This document shows, piece by piece, positions 1 through 9,001 of a stretch of DNA of 64,000 nucleotides. The position numbers and the translations under genes were made by a program. How positions within the stretch are numbered: position 1 is the first letter of the stretch; the number at the start of each line of letters is the position of its first letter. The stretch spans positions 20,448-84,447 of the forward strand of contig JAUHZC010000002.1 of assembly GCA_030425805.1 (NCBI GenBank), given 5' to 3'. The stretch is from Alphaproteobacteria bacterium (lineage in GTDB: Bacteria; Pseudomonadota; Alphaproteobacteria; JAUHZC01). The notes under the pieces are model-generated. The model did no database searches. It was not told the origin of the DNA and saw only the letters and a program-made list of their open reading frames with translations.

Positions 1-251
1 CCTGTTGAGGCAAGGGTTGCTGCGATCTTATTTGAAATATGACCACTCTTGCCCATACCAGAAACAATGACACGTCCCTCAATTCCCAGAATTCGCTGAA
101 CAAGGGAAGCAAAGACATCTCCCGTATTTTCCTTTAAGGCCAGAATTCCCTGAGCTTCAACTTCCAAAACTCGATGTGCTTCTGCAGAAATCTCAGCTTT
201 AGACATCTGAGAAATTGATTTTTTCAAAGAAACAACACGAGAGTCAGCCAT
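1..251 (-). CDS. kdsD: Arabinose-5-phosphate isomerase (KdsD/KpsF), N-terminal part; the gene continues beyond the window start
   Basis: Minus-strand translation from the ATG at 249-251 reads MADSRVVSLKK...GRVIVSGMGKSGHISNKIAATLASTG, matching the SIS-domain GMGKSGHIG.K.AAT.ASTG motif of KdsD/GutQ. The frame stays open to position 1. kdsA is also in this window. Confidence 0.7.
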   Translation of the reverse strand, partial: MADSRVVSLKKSISQMSKAEISAEAHRVLEVEAQGILALKENTGDVFASLVQRILGIEGRVIVSGMGKSGHISNKIAATLAST

Positions 252-260
252 TAAAATCTC

Positions 261-884
261 CTACTTGTAGTCAAAAGGGTCTTTGGCTTCATACCCTAAA
301 GCGTCTAAATAGGTACGACAGGCCAAAAAGTCAAAGCATCCATGAGCAAGTTCTAGCCGACCTTCTCGGATAAGACGCTCCTCAAGAATATCTCGCAATT
401 CCAAGAGGCGGAAAACATCCATGGCAGCATAAAGCTGCTGCTCTTTTGTAAGTTCATCCGCACCCCAATCTGAGGTTTGTTGTTCTTTTGAGACTTCAAC
501 GCCTAAAAGTTCCTGCATAAGATATTTGAAAGAGTGACGGTCTGTATATGTTCGCACCAACTTTGAGGCGATTTTGGTACAAAAAACGGGTGTTGTCATC
601 ACGCCAAGCTGCTGAAGAAACATCCCCATATCCGCCCGGGCATAATGGAAGACTTTTTCTAGAGTATGGTCCTCTAAAACAGAGATAAGACGTGGGCAAT
701 GAATTTCCTGCCCTAACTGCACCAAATGACATTCTCCGTCTCCTGCACTCAGTTGCACCAAACACAACCGATCCCGTTGAGGAAGAAGCCCCATAGACTC
801 TGTATCCACGGCAACACGCCCCGAAAAAGAAAGACCTTCTGGTAAATCACCTTTATGGAGATGGATTTTTGGAGTCTTTGACAT
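261..884 (-). CDS. rnd: RNase D-like 3'-5' exonuclease (DEDDy family, short single-domain form)
   Basis: Motifs AVDTE (exo I), HYARADM and YAAMDV (exo III) give an RNase D N-domain-like protein. The start is set at MSKTPK (884) because the longer ORF up to 935 would overlap tRNA-Leu. Confidence 0.7.
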   Translation of the reverse strand: MSKTPKIHLHKGDLPEGLSFSGRVAVDTESMGLLPQRDRLCLVQLSAGDGECHLVQLGQEIHCPRLISVLEDHTLEKVFHYARADMGMFLQQLGVMTTPVFCTKIASKLVRTYTDRHSFKYLMQELLGVEVSKEQQTSDWGADELTKEQQLYAAMDVFRLLELRDILEERLIREGRLELAHGCFDFLACRTYLDALGYEAKDPFDYK

Positions 885-905
885 ACTGTATCCCTTTACA
901 CGATA

Positions 906-994
906 TGGTGCCCAGGAGAAGACTCGAACTTCCACGGGATTAATCTCCCACTAGAACCTGAATCTAGCGCGTCTACCAATTCCGCCACCTGGGC
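906..994 (-). tRNA. tRNA-Leu (anticodon CAG), type II with long variable arm
   Basis: The reverse complement reads GCCCAGGTGGCGGAATTGGTAGACGCGCTAGATTCAGGTTCTAG...GTTCGAGTCTTCTCCTGGGCACCA. It folds as a cloverleaf: acceptor GCCCAGG/CCTGGGC, anticodon loop TTCAGGT and T-loop TTCGAGT. Confidence 0.85.
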
Positions 995-1073
995 CTGCCT
1001 CATTCTGTTTACCTCCAAATCGTTGAGAAGTCAATGAAGATCCCCTATAATGGAGGCAGTGAGGAGAGGCAAA

Positions 1074-2009
1074 ATGGAACATCTTCAAGGAAAAATTATT
1101 GTCGTTATCGGAGGATCGGGTTTCCTCGGACGGTATGTTGTCCGCCGCCTTGCCAAGCGGGGTGCCTTTGTTCGTATTGTGACGCCTCATCCTGAAAAAG
1201 CGGAATTTCTCCGGACAGCAGGAGCTGTTGGACAAATCACGCTCTACCAAGGGGATATAACCGCTCCTCTGAGTTTAAATACTGCATTTGAAGGAGCCTC
1301 TGCTGTTGTTAATCTGGTAGGGATTCTATACGAAAAAGGCAGCAAAACTTTTGAAGCTATTCATCATCTGGGTGCAAGAGCCATCGCCCAACTTGCTGAT
1401 GAGCACAATCTTCAATCCCTTGTGCATGTCTCCGCCCTCGGGGCAAATCTGAAAAGTCCTTCTGCATATGCTAGAACAAAAGCTGCTGGAGAAAAAGCTG
1501 TTCTCAGCAATTTTACCCACGCCACAATTCTCAGACCCAGTGTTATTTTTGGCCCTGAGGACCAATTCTTCAACCGATTTGCTCAAATGGCAAAGTTTTT
1601 TAAGACCCTCCCGCTTATCGGAGGGGGCGAAAAATTGATGCAGCCTGTGTATGTGGACAATATAGCAGAGGCAATTGAGCAGTCTCTTCTGAGCTCAGCT
1701 TTTCAAGGCAAAAAAATTGAGCTTGGGGGGCCAAAAACATATAGCTTTAAAAAGCTCATGGAGGTCATGTTGAAATGCCTCAATCGAGAGTGCGCTCTCA
1801 TCCCTCTACCCTACTTTCTTGCCTCTTTTGTAGGTCGTATCGCGAGCCTTCTTCCAACACCGCCCCTCACAGCGGATCAAGTAGAGCTTTTAAGGCAAGA
1901 TAATATTGTTGATTCAAATGCTCTTTCTCTAGGTAACATGGGAGTTACGCCAACACCCTTAGAGGAAGTTATCCCAACTTACCTTGAGTGTTACAAGCGA
2001 TACTGCTAG
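1074..2009 (+). CDS. NAD(P)-binding Rossmann-fold protein, NAD-dependent epimerase/dehydratase family (complex-I NDUFA9 39-kDa-subunit-like)
   Basis: The N-terminal motif GKIIVVIGGSGFLGRYVVRRL is a glycine-rich NAD(P)-binding loop. The length and fold are consistent with an atypical SDR. The start is chosen at the internal MEHLQGK. Confidence 0.65.
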   Translation: MEHLQGKIIVVIGGSGFLGRYVVRRLAKRGAFVRIVTPHPEKAEFLRTAGAVGQITLYQGDITAPLSLNTAFEGASAVVNLVGILYEKGSKTFEAIHHLGARAIAQLADEHNLQSLVHVSALGANLKSPSAYARTKAAGEKAVLSNFTHATILRPSVIFGPEDQFFNRFAQMAKFFKTLPLIGGGEKLMQPVYVDNIAEAIEQSLLSSAFQGKKIELGGPKTYSFKKLMEVMLKCLNRECALIPLPYFLASFVGRIASLLPTPPLTADQVELLRQDNIVDSNALSLGNMGVTPTPLEEVIPTYLECYKRYC

Positions 2010-2012
2010 AGA

Positions 2013-3041
2013 TTACATCCCAATAGCTTGGTTAATCCAATGTCTCAAATGCACAATCACAGGATTGTTAAAAGGAGAGATTGAACTCAGAGCTTTCGCA
2101 CTCTTTGTATGAGGATGCAAAGTTGGTGCCGCCCCATAATGAGAATAGAGGTGCTTAAACCGAGTGCTTGCTCCTCCACGACGATGTGTCCATACGGCTG
2201 TTGGAAAAACGTCACTCTTTGTCACAAACTTTGCATACCGTGGATCATGGAACTGTACTGTGGATGAAATAAGATTTGATAGTACAGCCTGGTCTAAATG
2301 ATGCCACAGGAATCCTGGATAATTCTTTTTATCTGATTTGTGCCTTGGCAGTAGGTTTAGATTCTCCTGCTCTTCAAGTTTCATTTTCCAATTTCGAATC
2401 ATGGCCTGCCCCCGTAAATCATTTCGTACCATCATAAAAGATGATGAAATCAGGGGGTCTTTACGGCACTTCTCAATATGTTTTCCACAGAGCCGCTCTA
2501 TCACACTCCGACGGGTATAACACTCATTAGAGCCCACAAGAGAAGCCTCATCCCATCCATCTTTCTGAAAAACGTAGGAAACTTCTGGCCCAAGATCTTT
2601 GAACAAAGGCGCAATAGGTCCTTGGAAAATAAACCCAGCATCCATATAAATGACCCAATCTCCTTCAGGAATACTGGACAAGGCCTTTTCAATGACATAA
2701 GGCTTCCAAATCATTAGCCCTCCCCCCTTACTGTGAGAGAATGCAACCTTGTTTTGTTTTATAAATTTTTGATCCAACTGAGATTTTCCAAAAGCACGGT
2801 AAGAGGAAAAACCTTTGTTAATGGCAGAAGCTAAAAGAGAATTCTGGTTTTGAATAAAAACTTCACCACTTGCAAAAGAGACAAGATGAACACTGTTGTC
2901 TTTTAAGGGTGACTCAACAGGTTTTTGAAATGAATAATCATTGATAAAAGCAATACGAGCATATGCAAAAAACACGACAACAATAAGCCCGAGAAACACG
3001 CTCCCTAGAATTTTAAATGCTTTTTTCATGAAATTTTTCAA
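2013..3041 (-). CDS. Hypothetical membrane-anchored protein (N-terminal TM helix; possible DxD-type nucleotide-sugar transferase-like domain)
   Basis: A long ORF with a hydrophobic N-terminus (ILGSVFLGLIVVVFFAYA). An internal DWVIYMDAGFIF segment is reminiscent of glycosyltransferase DxD motifs. No firm family assignment. Confidence 0.45.
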   Translation of the reverse strand: MKNFMKKAFKILGSVFLGLIVVVFFAYARIAFINDYSFQKPVESPLKDNSVHLVSFASGEVFIQNQNSLLASAINKGFSSYRAFGKSQLDQKFIKQNKVAFSHSKGGGLMIWKPYVIEKALSSIPEGDWVIYMDAGFIFQGPIAPLFKDLGPEVSYVFQKDGWDEASLVGSNECYTRRSVIERLCGKHIEKCRKDPLISSSFMMVRNDLRGQAMIRNWKMKLEEQENLNLLPRHKSDKKNYPGFLWHHLDQAVLSNLISSTVQFHDPRYAKFVTKSDVFPTAVWTHRRGGASTRFKHLYSHYGAAPTLHPHTKSAKALSSISPFNNPVIVHLRHWINQAIGM

Positions 3042-3220
3042 ACCTTTTTTTTAGGACTAGCATAAACCACTCCTACCCTCACCTGTTTTTTTAGAACCTC
3101 TTAAGTTTGACCTCCCAAACCTTTTTTGACATCGCAGGAAAAGCAAAACATCAAAATGACAGAAAACCAGGGGTTGTAGAGCATGTTATAATTTTAGTTA
3201 ATATTTAATGATTCTAAAAA

Positions 3221-5452
3221 ATGAAAAATGTAAGTTTATGTGTCCTCGCCCTTTTATTAATTTTTTTAGGAGAGTATCGGGCCTTTGGTGCTGAAGCTAA
3301 AGAGGGAGAGGGAAGAGAGCCTGCTGATGCGGCCTTATCAGACTCTAGCGGTGGTGAAGATGGTTGGGAATTAGAAGATTTGTTCGGAGCCGTAGGAGAA
3401 GATGCTGCTGCAGAAGCAGCCGCAGCTGCCCCTCCAAAAACAAGCCACCCCCCTTTACATAGTTCACCACCAGCAGCATGCGGCAGGAGAATTGCTGGCT
3501 CATCACTCCTTGCTGTTCCAGCTGCAAGAGCAAGTAGTGATCCAGCTTTTCCTGGAGATAGAGTCCCACCGGTTGGCAAAACTCAGAGAGGATTACTCCC
3601 AGGAAACGCAAATATAAGGGGACTTCCTCAAAAACCCGGGGGTAGAGTTATGAGATTTGACCGTGCAGTAGCAATTACCAGACTGGGACGTACAGCAGCT
3701 GCAGCGAGAGAATTAATGGCAGCTGCTGCTGGACCCAGTGGCCTCCTCTTGCGTGGTCATTCTGAGGGGATAGCTGCTGCCCCCACATCCAGAAACGCTT
3801 CTCAAGCAGCGGGTCTTGCGGCACCAGACTCGGGGGGGGGAGCTGCTCCAGAATTAGCCCGAGGGTTGAGCGTTGATACACAAGTGACAAACTCTAGTGG
3901 AGCAACGCCCTGTGAGAGATTTTATAGAATTCAGGCGCGCTGTCACGCTCATCTTAATTTAGATTATAGGAGAGTTGCCCGTGCTGTTAGAGAAGCGTGT
4001 GAACCTGGTTCCCTTTGTTTTACAGAGCTTAAGGCAGAGATCGGTACTGCTGCTGATGCAGCAGCGGCATCTTTCTCAGCCGTTACAAGCCTCTCTGGCT
4101 CTGGTGTTGTCCTCTATAAGGTCTTAAGAGAATTCTGTCGTTATACGAAAATTACAGGTGCAACAGGTCCAAGTATTCTCAGGGATGTTCACGCACATTT
4201 TCATGAGGATGTTATCGCTCTCTGCTCAGCTTCAGCCTCCCCTCCTGAAGATCCTGCAGTCCATCTCCGCCAACGTGTTTTGGGGATTTACCTTTTACGC
4301 AAAGCAGGGGTTTCTCTAGAATCTCTCTCCTTAAAGGTTATACAAGCCTTTTCTCTAGATGCTTCAGATCCTGCCCTAGAAGGCTTGGAGCCTTTTATGG
4401 CGACAGATGATGATGGTTCAAGGAGCATAATCTTACCCCATAATGGCTATATTTTAGATGGGCAATTCTTTTGGTATGACTGCACAAGTGCCATTTATGC
4501 GGCTTACCGAAAATTTTTAGGAGAGCTTCCAGCTGGCGTGCGTTTTGATACAGGCCTCCTAAAAGCTTTTGTACACTCAACACAGGGTGGAGCTGCTCCC
4601 CCAGTTGAACTTCCATTTGATGTTGTCGCGGATCACAGAGACATAAAAGCCCGGGATATTCTCTTCTGGCGGTATGGCGATGAGGAAGCAGGAGAAGCTG
4701 CGGCTGCAACAACCCTTGAAGAAGAAGCAGCACGACGTGGAGGGCACGGTATGCTTGTTGTAGATGTGGAAGTAAACCTTGCAGGCGAGACAATTGTCTC
4801 CTTTGAAGAAGCTAAAAACTTCACTGGGGGGTTCCGTGTCCGCAGAGTTCGCCTCCAAGATATTCTTGAAGGCAATATTGCCGGAGCAGGAGGCCTCGAG
4901 TATCATATACTAAGGCCTCAGGCTGGTCTTATCCCTGCAGGCGCAGACCTCACAGCGCTTCCTGCAGCAAGCTCAAGCTCACTGCTTGCAGCAGCTGTTG
5001 CTATGGTAAGTGTTCCAGGGGACCCTGATGCTGCCAACTTAGGACTGGAAGCAGCTTTTGGCCTTTTGGGAGATAGACGAGCTACACCAGAAGAGGGCCC
5101 AGGAGTAGCCGGACCAGGACTAGGACTTGGGTTAGATTTAGCAGCAGATGAGGCTCTCGCAGCAGTGGAAGGTCTCTCACCGCCTGCCGCTACAGCTATG
5201 GCAGCGCCTCTGGGAGGCTTGAGAAGGTTTTCTTCTGGCGATACAGACGATACTGAAGATATGGGAAGAGAAGAACCACATCACCTGCAAGAGGAGTCTA
5301 CCCGCTCTTTAGCCACTGCTGCTGAAGGAGGAGAAGGAACTGACAGAACGGGAGATGGTGATGGCGAAGAATTTGATCTTTCCGTCGAAGATGTCCCAGA
5401 AGCTGCTGCAGTGGCGGCAGCTGCTGTAGCTGCAAATGCTGATGATGAATAA
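3221..5452 (+). CDS. Large secreted Ala/Gly/Ser-rich hypothetical protein (signal peptide, central globular region, acidic C-terminus)
   Basis: 743-aa ORF. Leader MKNVSLCVLALLLIFLGEYRAFGA. Long low-complexity Ala-rich tracts. C-terminus EGGEGTDRTGDGDGEEFDLSVEDVPEAAAVAAAAVAANADDE. Contains a G9 homopolymer at 3832-3840. Confidence 0.6.
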   Translation: MKNVSLCVLALLLIFLGEYRAFGAEAKEGEGREPADAALSDSSGGEDGWELEDLFGAVGEDAAAEAAAAAPPKTSHPPLHSSPPAACGRRIAGSSLLAVPAARASSDPAFPGDRVPPVGKTQRGLLPGNANIRGLPQKPGGRVMRFDRAVAITRLGRTAAAARELMAAAAGPSGLLLRGHSEGIAAAPTSRNASQAAGLAAPDSGGGAAPELARGLSVDTQVTNSSGATPCERFYRIQARCHAHLNLDYRRVARAVREACEPGSLCFTELKAEIGTAADAAAASFSAVTSLSGSGVVLYKVLREFCRYTKITGATGPSILRDVHAHFHEDVIALCSASASPPEDPAVHLRQRVLGIYLLRKAGVSLESLSLKVIQAFSLDASDPALEGLEPFMATDDDGSRSIILPHNGYILDGQFFWYDCTSAIYAAYRKFLGELPAGVRFDTGLLKAFVHSTQGGAAPPVELPFDVVADHRDIKARDILFWRYGDEEAGEAAAATTLEEEAARRGGHGMLVVDVEVNLAGETIVSFEEAKNFTGGFRVRRVRLQDILEGNIAGAGGLEYHILRPQAGLIPAGADLTALPAASSSSLLAAAVAMVSVPGDPDAANLGLEAAFGLLGDRRATPEEGPGVAGPGLGLGLDLAADEALAAVEGLSPPAATAMAAPLGGLRRFSSGDTDDTEDMGREEPHHLQEESTRSLATAAEGGEGTDRTGDGDGEEFDLSVEDVPEAAAVAAAAVAANADDE

Positions 5453-5529
5453 TAATCTTGTTAGAGAGGCTTTTTGATCACAAGTCTTGCTGGGTTGATT
5501 TTATATATGCATTACGTCTCTACGCAAAA

Positions 5530-6021
5530 TTAAGCCACTTCATCTGTATCTATTATGGAAATTTGTGACCTTAAACAATTCAAAAGACCAGAGCCTTCAC
5601 CTGGACCTGCACAAACACATGCGATTGCAGCCAAAGTCATGGCTTGTATTGCTTCATCATTAAGGCCAAAAATTTGCCCAGACTGCTTATCACTAAGGGG
5701 AAATTGTTCACAAAATTTTTTCAGGCATTTCCCCAATGCGGCACCTCTGACCTCTGTCTCTGGGTTAGGAGGTTGACTTCTTGTGGTAGCTGCCCCAATG
5801 CGTGAAAGAATCACCTGGAAACGCCAAGGCATATCCCAAATTGCATCCTCATTACGTTCATAAAACACCTCCCGCTTAAAATCGGCAGCGGCAACATCGA
5901 GAGCCTTTAAAATCTCAACCAATTGTGAAACGTGGTTATCTGCAGGTTCTTGGTGCTCTGCTTCTTCCGCAATTTGCTCGGCTGAAAGCTCGGCCGCAGT
6001 TAATGCCAATGCTTGTTGCAA
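5530..6021 (-). CDS. Hypothetical protein (non-ATG start in the ORF track; start uncertain)
   Basis: 163-aa ORF downstream of two paralogous secreted-protein genes on the same strand. No recognisable domain. Confidence 0.35.
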   Translation of the reverse strand: MQQALALTAAELSAEQIAEEAEHQEPADNHVSQLVEILKALDVAAADFKREVFYERNEDAIWDMPWRFQVILSRIGAATTRSQPPNPETEVRGAALGKCLKKFCEQFPLSDKQSGQIFGLNDEAIQAMTLAAIACVCAGPGEGSGLLNCLRSQISIIDTDEVA

Positions 6022-6135
6022 GGCCCTATGAAGAACATCCTGCCCAAGCAGTGTGGTATCTGCTCCAGCTGCACTCCCTCAAGAAGGAAAACTGAATAAA
6101 AGTGCAACAATACAAAAAATAATCTTCATTTTTTA

Positions 6136-6738
6136 TCATTCTAATATACTTTTTAAACAACGGTGCAAAACCTGCAAAAATTTTGACCTTGGCTGCAACG
6201 CCACTGTTTCAACAGCCCGATTCAAGGCAACAACAACACCCCAATCACTGTCTTCATCTGAGGGAGCACCATCTGTGAGGTGTAAAACTGGGAAGGTGAT
6301 TGTTTTACCTGCTTTCTTTTCAGCTTCAACATCTTCTCCAATAACTTGCTTCTGTTGTAGTTCCAAAACACATCGTAGGAAAAAGTCTGTAATCAGTTGC
6401 CTTGGGGTTTTTTGTGACACAGGATCTTTTCTTCCCATGTACTTTTCCTTCCCTTCAGTTGAGTTACGAACGTTTCTTACAAGTTCGTAAAAACTAATTT
6501 GTATGGGAGAAAATCCCTCTGCAACAGTGGGAGAGCTTCCCTGCAAATCAACGATAGCCAGATCCCCAAAAAAACACCATAAAGCTTGCACTCGGGCTAG
6601 CCCAACACCCCCTGGAAGTTCCTTATAGCCACAGGAAGCATAAAAAACTTCATTCAAAGTTGCAGGCCCTTTTTCCTCCGGATTAGCACCCCAAAGGGAA
6701 ACGTTTAACAAAAACAAAAAAACGAGACTATACCTCAT
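6136..6738 (-). CDS. Small secreted hypothetical protein, tandem paralog of 6728-7330
   Basis: Leader MRYSLVFLFLLNVSLWGA. The C-terminal region (DEDSDWGVVVALNRAVETVALQPRSKFLQVLHRCLKSILE) resembles the C-terminus of the upstream neighbour (DSRIWLVLSLAVSAQAKDKVNGSFLEILETEILE). Confidence 0.45.
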   Translation of the reverse strand: MRYSLVFLFLLNVSLWGANPEEKGPATLNEVFYASCGYKELPGGVGLARVQALWCFFGDLAIVDLQGSSPTVAEGFSPIQISFYELVRNVRNSTEGKEKYMGRKDPVSQKTPRQLITDFFLRCVLELQQKQVIGEDVEAEKKAGKTITFPVLHLTDGAPSDEDSDWGVVVALNRAVETVALQPRSKFLQVLHRCLKSILE

Positions 6739-7330
6739 CTGAAGCTCCACTATTCTGAGCAGCAGTTTCTGCTTCTTCAAGAAGCTCTAATATCTCAGTC
6801 TCAAGTATCTCAAGAAAGGATCCGTTAACTTTATCTTTGGCCTGTGCAGAAACAGCGAGAGAAAGCACCAACCAAATCCTGGAGTCTGATCCTGGGTCCC
6901 CCTCTTTTTCCTCGACAAAAGGCTTAAATGTATTCCCATCTCCTAGGTCTAAGGTAACCCTCGTAAAAAACGACTCAACCAGTCCGCATGCTTTTTCATC
7001 TTTTTTATCTCCAGATAAATCACTATTTCCATAATTTTCTGTAACGCCATCTAAAAGAGCAGCATATCCCCACACATTATCAAGCATTCCATCATCTTCT
7101 TCCTCATTATCAGGGATGGCCCCCATCTCTTCTTCACCTTCCTCCCAGTGGACAGAAAATGCCTTAAGGCGACGATACAAAGCAAGCTCTCGCGGCGTTG
7201 GATCAGGAGCATCGGCTGAACTTCCTACCACAGCACGCATCACCTCTTCCCAACTCATAAGCCCAGCTGCATCAGCCCCCCAGCTTGGCACAGCAAAGAA
7301 GGCACAGAAAAAAAAGAGGAGAGGCTTCAC
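6728..7330 (-). CDS. Small secreted acidic hypothetical protein
   Basis: Leader MKPLLFFFCAFFAVPSWGA followed by a highly acidic 180-aa sequence. Paralogous to 6136-6738. Confidence 0.5.
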   Translation of the reverse strand: MKPLLFFFCAFFAVPSWGADAAGLMSWEEVMRAVVGSSADAPDPTPRELALYRRLKAFSVHWEEGEEEMGAIPDNEEEDDGMLDNVWGYAALLDGVTENYGNSDLSGDKKDEKACGLVESFFTRVTLDLGDGNTFKPFVEEKEGDPGSDSRIWLVLSLAVSAQAKDKVNGSFLEILETEILELLEEAETAAQNSGASDEV

Positions 7331-7563
7331 GGGAAATCCTTAAAATTTTATTTTTTCTACAAAAGTCTATTCTTACTGTAAAGGGGTTTATTAAATAAAA
7401 TCAATGACTATACTAAGAGTTTAAACTCTTTTTAAAAAAGTATATGTTTTCTTTCTTTTCCCTGAAGACAAAGGCTTTTTTTTTCGCTAAGCTTTTGGTC
7501 ATGATTTTTTTTGCTGGGCTCTTCACAGAGCTTTCAACCTACGCGAAAAAGGAACAGCGACAG

Positions 7564-8160
7564 ATGTGGCACGACAAAACAGACACACCCTGGCTCCTTG
7601 TTGGCCTTGGAAATCCGGGTGAAAAGTATACACGTAATCGCCATAATATTGGTTTTCTTGCTGCCGATGAAATCGCTAAGGAGTATGGTTTCTCTGCCTT
7701 CAAACCCCAATTTCAAGGCCTGATTGCCCAAGGAATAATTGAAGGGCAGAAGGGTTATATTCTCAAGCCTCAGACATATATGAACCTCTCTGGTCAAAGT
7801 GTCTTGGCCGCTTGTCAGTTTTACAAAATCCCCTTGGAGCGAGTCTGCGTAATCCATGATGATATTGATCTGGAGCCTGGCAAGATTAAGCTCAAACAAG
7901 GCGGTGGACATGGGGGGCATAATGGCCTCCGGGATATTGATGCACGGTTGGGAAAAAATTACTGGCGCCTTCGGGTTGGTGTGGGCCATCCCGGCCATCG
8001 GGACGCCGTCTCGGGCTACGTCTTGAAAGACTTTCCCAAGGCGGAAGAAAAAGGCTGGGTCTTTGATTTCCTGACACAGTCCCCGCCCCTCTTTTCTCTG
8101 CTTTTCAAGAAAGAATGGGAAACATTTACATCAAAATTAAACAATTGCATAACAAGATAA
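7564..8160 (+). CDS. pth: Peptidyl-tRNA hydrolase
   Basis: Motifs WLLVGLGNPGEKYTRNRHNIGF, YMNLSGQSV and GGGHGGHNGLRDI are the Pth signature. The start is set at the MWHD ATG, which has an AGGAA sequence 10 nt upstream. The ORF-track extension from 7444 is hydrophobic and unlikely to be real. Confidence 0.85.
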   Translation: MWHDKTDTPWLLVGLGNPGEKYTRNRHNIGFLAADEIAKEYGFSAFKPQFQGLIAQGIIEGQKGYILKPQTYMNLSGQSVLAACQFYKIPLERVCVIHDDIDLEPGKIKLKQGGGHGGHNGLRDIDARLGKNYWRLRVGVGHPGHRDAVSGYVLKDFPKAEEKGWVFDFLTQSPPLFSLLFKKEWETFTSKLNNCITR

Positions 8161-8173
8161 TTTTTTTATATGA

Positions 8174-8917
8174 TTGTTTATTATGAAAAATTTTGTTTGG
8201 ATACTTATCCTTTTTCCTTCGTTTTTATGGGGTGCGCACCCTGACTGGGCACAGCGTGCGGTCCCTGATGGAGCATGTTTAAAAGGCCCTTTGGCAGATC
8301 CGAAAGAGATGACTTTAGACCATTTAAAAGTTCTCGCACGCCAATATAAAGAACTTAATGCAATATTCTTAGCAAGAAGAGAAGAGCATGGAATGATGCT
8401 GTTAGCACACGCACCTGCTTTTGCAGCTGAGCATAGAGCTTGTGCTGCCTGTACAGAAGCCTCTATTAAGCTCGGTGAAATTAATGCCGCTTTGAGGGAA
8501 GCTCCTCACGATAGAAGAATTCTCACTGCCAGAGCGGAAGCCACTGTAGTTTACCGAAGGGCCCGGCATCACTGGGAAGTTATGCATGAAGCCGCAAGAG
8601 ATCCCCGTACGAGAATTGCTGGTATAGAGGAAAACATTCAAGCTCTTTACTATCATTGTAGTTACCTTCACTGTTGTGCCCAAGAACTCGCATCTCGGGA
8701 AGAAGCCGCTGAATCAAGAGCACGTGCTGAAGCTGAAGCACACAGAAGAGCTGCTGAAGAAACTCGTGCTGCACGAGCAGCCCAAAGGCGAGAAAGAGAG
8801 GAGGCTTGGCTGGCCGCTCTAAAGCTTCATTCAGAAGCGGAAAGAGCTAGAGCTGCTAGAAACCGTGAGGAACGTGCAAGACGAAGGAGCCGTGGCGATA
8901 GTGTTTGGTCCGAATAA
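8174..8917 (+). CDS. Secreted hypothetical protein with Arg/Ala/Glu-rich C-terminal helix
   Basis: Leader MKNFVWILILFPSFLWGA. Cys-containing middle region. C-terminus REEAAESRARAEAEAHRRAAEETRAARAAQRREREEAW is charged and probably coiled coil. Confidence 0.5.
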   Translation: MFIMKNFVWILILFPSFLWGAHPDWAQRAVPDGACLKGPLADPKEMTLDHLKVLARQYKELNAIFLARREEHGMMLLAHAPAFAAEHRACAACTEASIKLGEINAALREAPHDRRILTARAEATVVYRRARHHWEVMHEAARDPRTRIAGIEENIQALYYHCSYLHCCAQELASREEAAESRARAEAEAHRRAAEETRAARAAQRREREEAWLAALKLHSEAERARAARNREERARRRSRGDSVWSE

Positions 8918-9001
8918 ACTCCTGCCACACACCCCTCGTAAACACGGTTCACATCTCATTAAAATCAGCGTATAAGAACAAAAACGCCTTAGGAGATTAA
9001 G

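Noticed and set aside
885-935. Upstream extension of the RNase D-like ORF
   Set aside because: It would overlap the tRNA-Leu gene (906-994) on the same strand, so the start is moved to MSKTPK.
3214-3617. ORFs 3214-3579(-), 3345-3611(-) and 3402-3617(+) overlapping the start of the Ala-rich gene
   Set aside because: Alternative frames of the same low-complexity GC-rich region. Only the 3221-5452 frame has a leader peptide and runs 743 codons.
7444-7563. N-terminal 40-codon extension of pth in the ORF track
   Set aside because: The extension is hydrophobic with a poly-T tract and has no counterpart in Pth proteins. The internal ATG has an upstream AGGAA and gives a canonical Pth N-terminus (WLLVGLGNPG).
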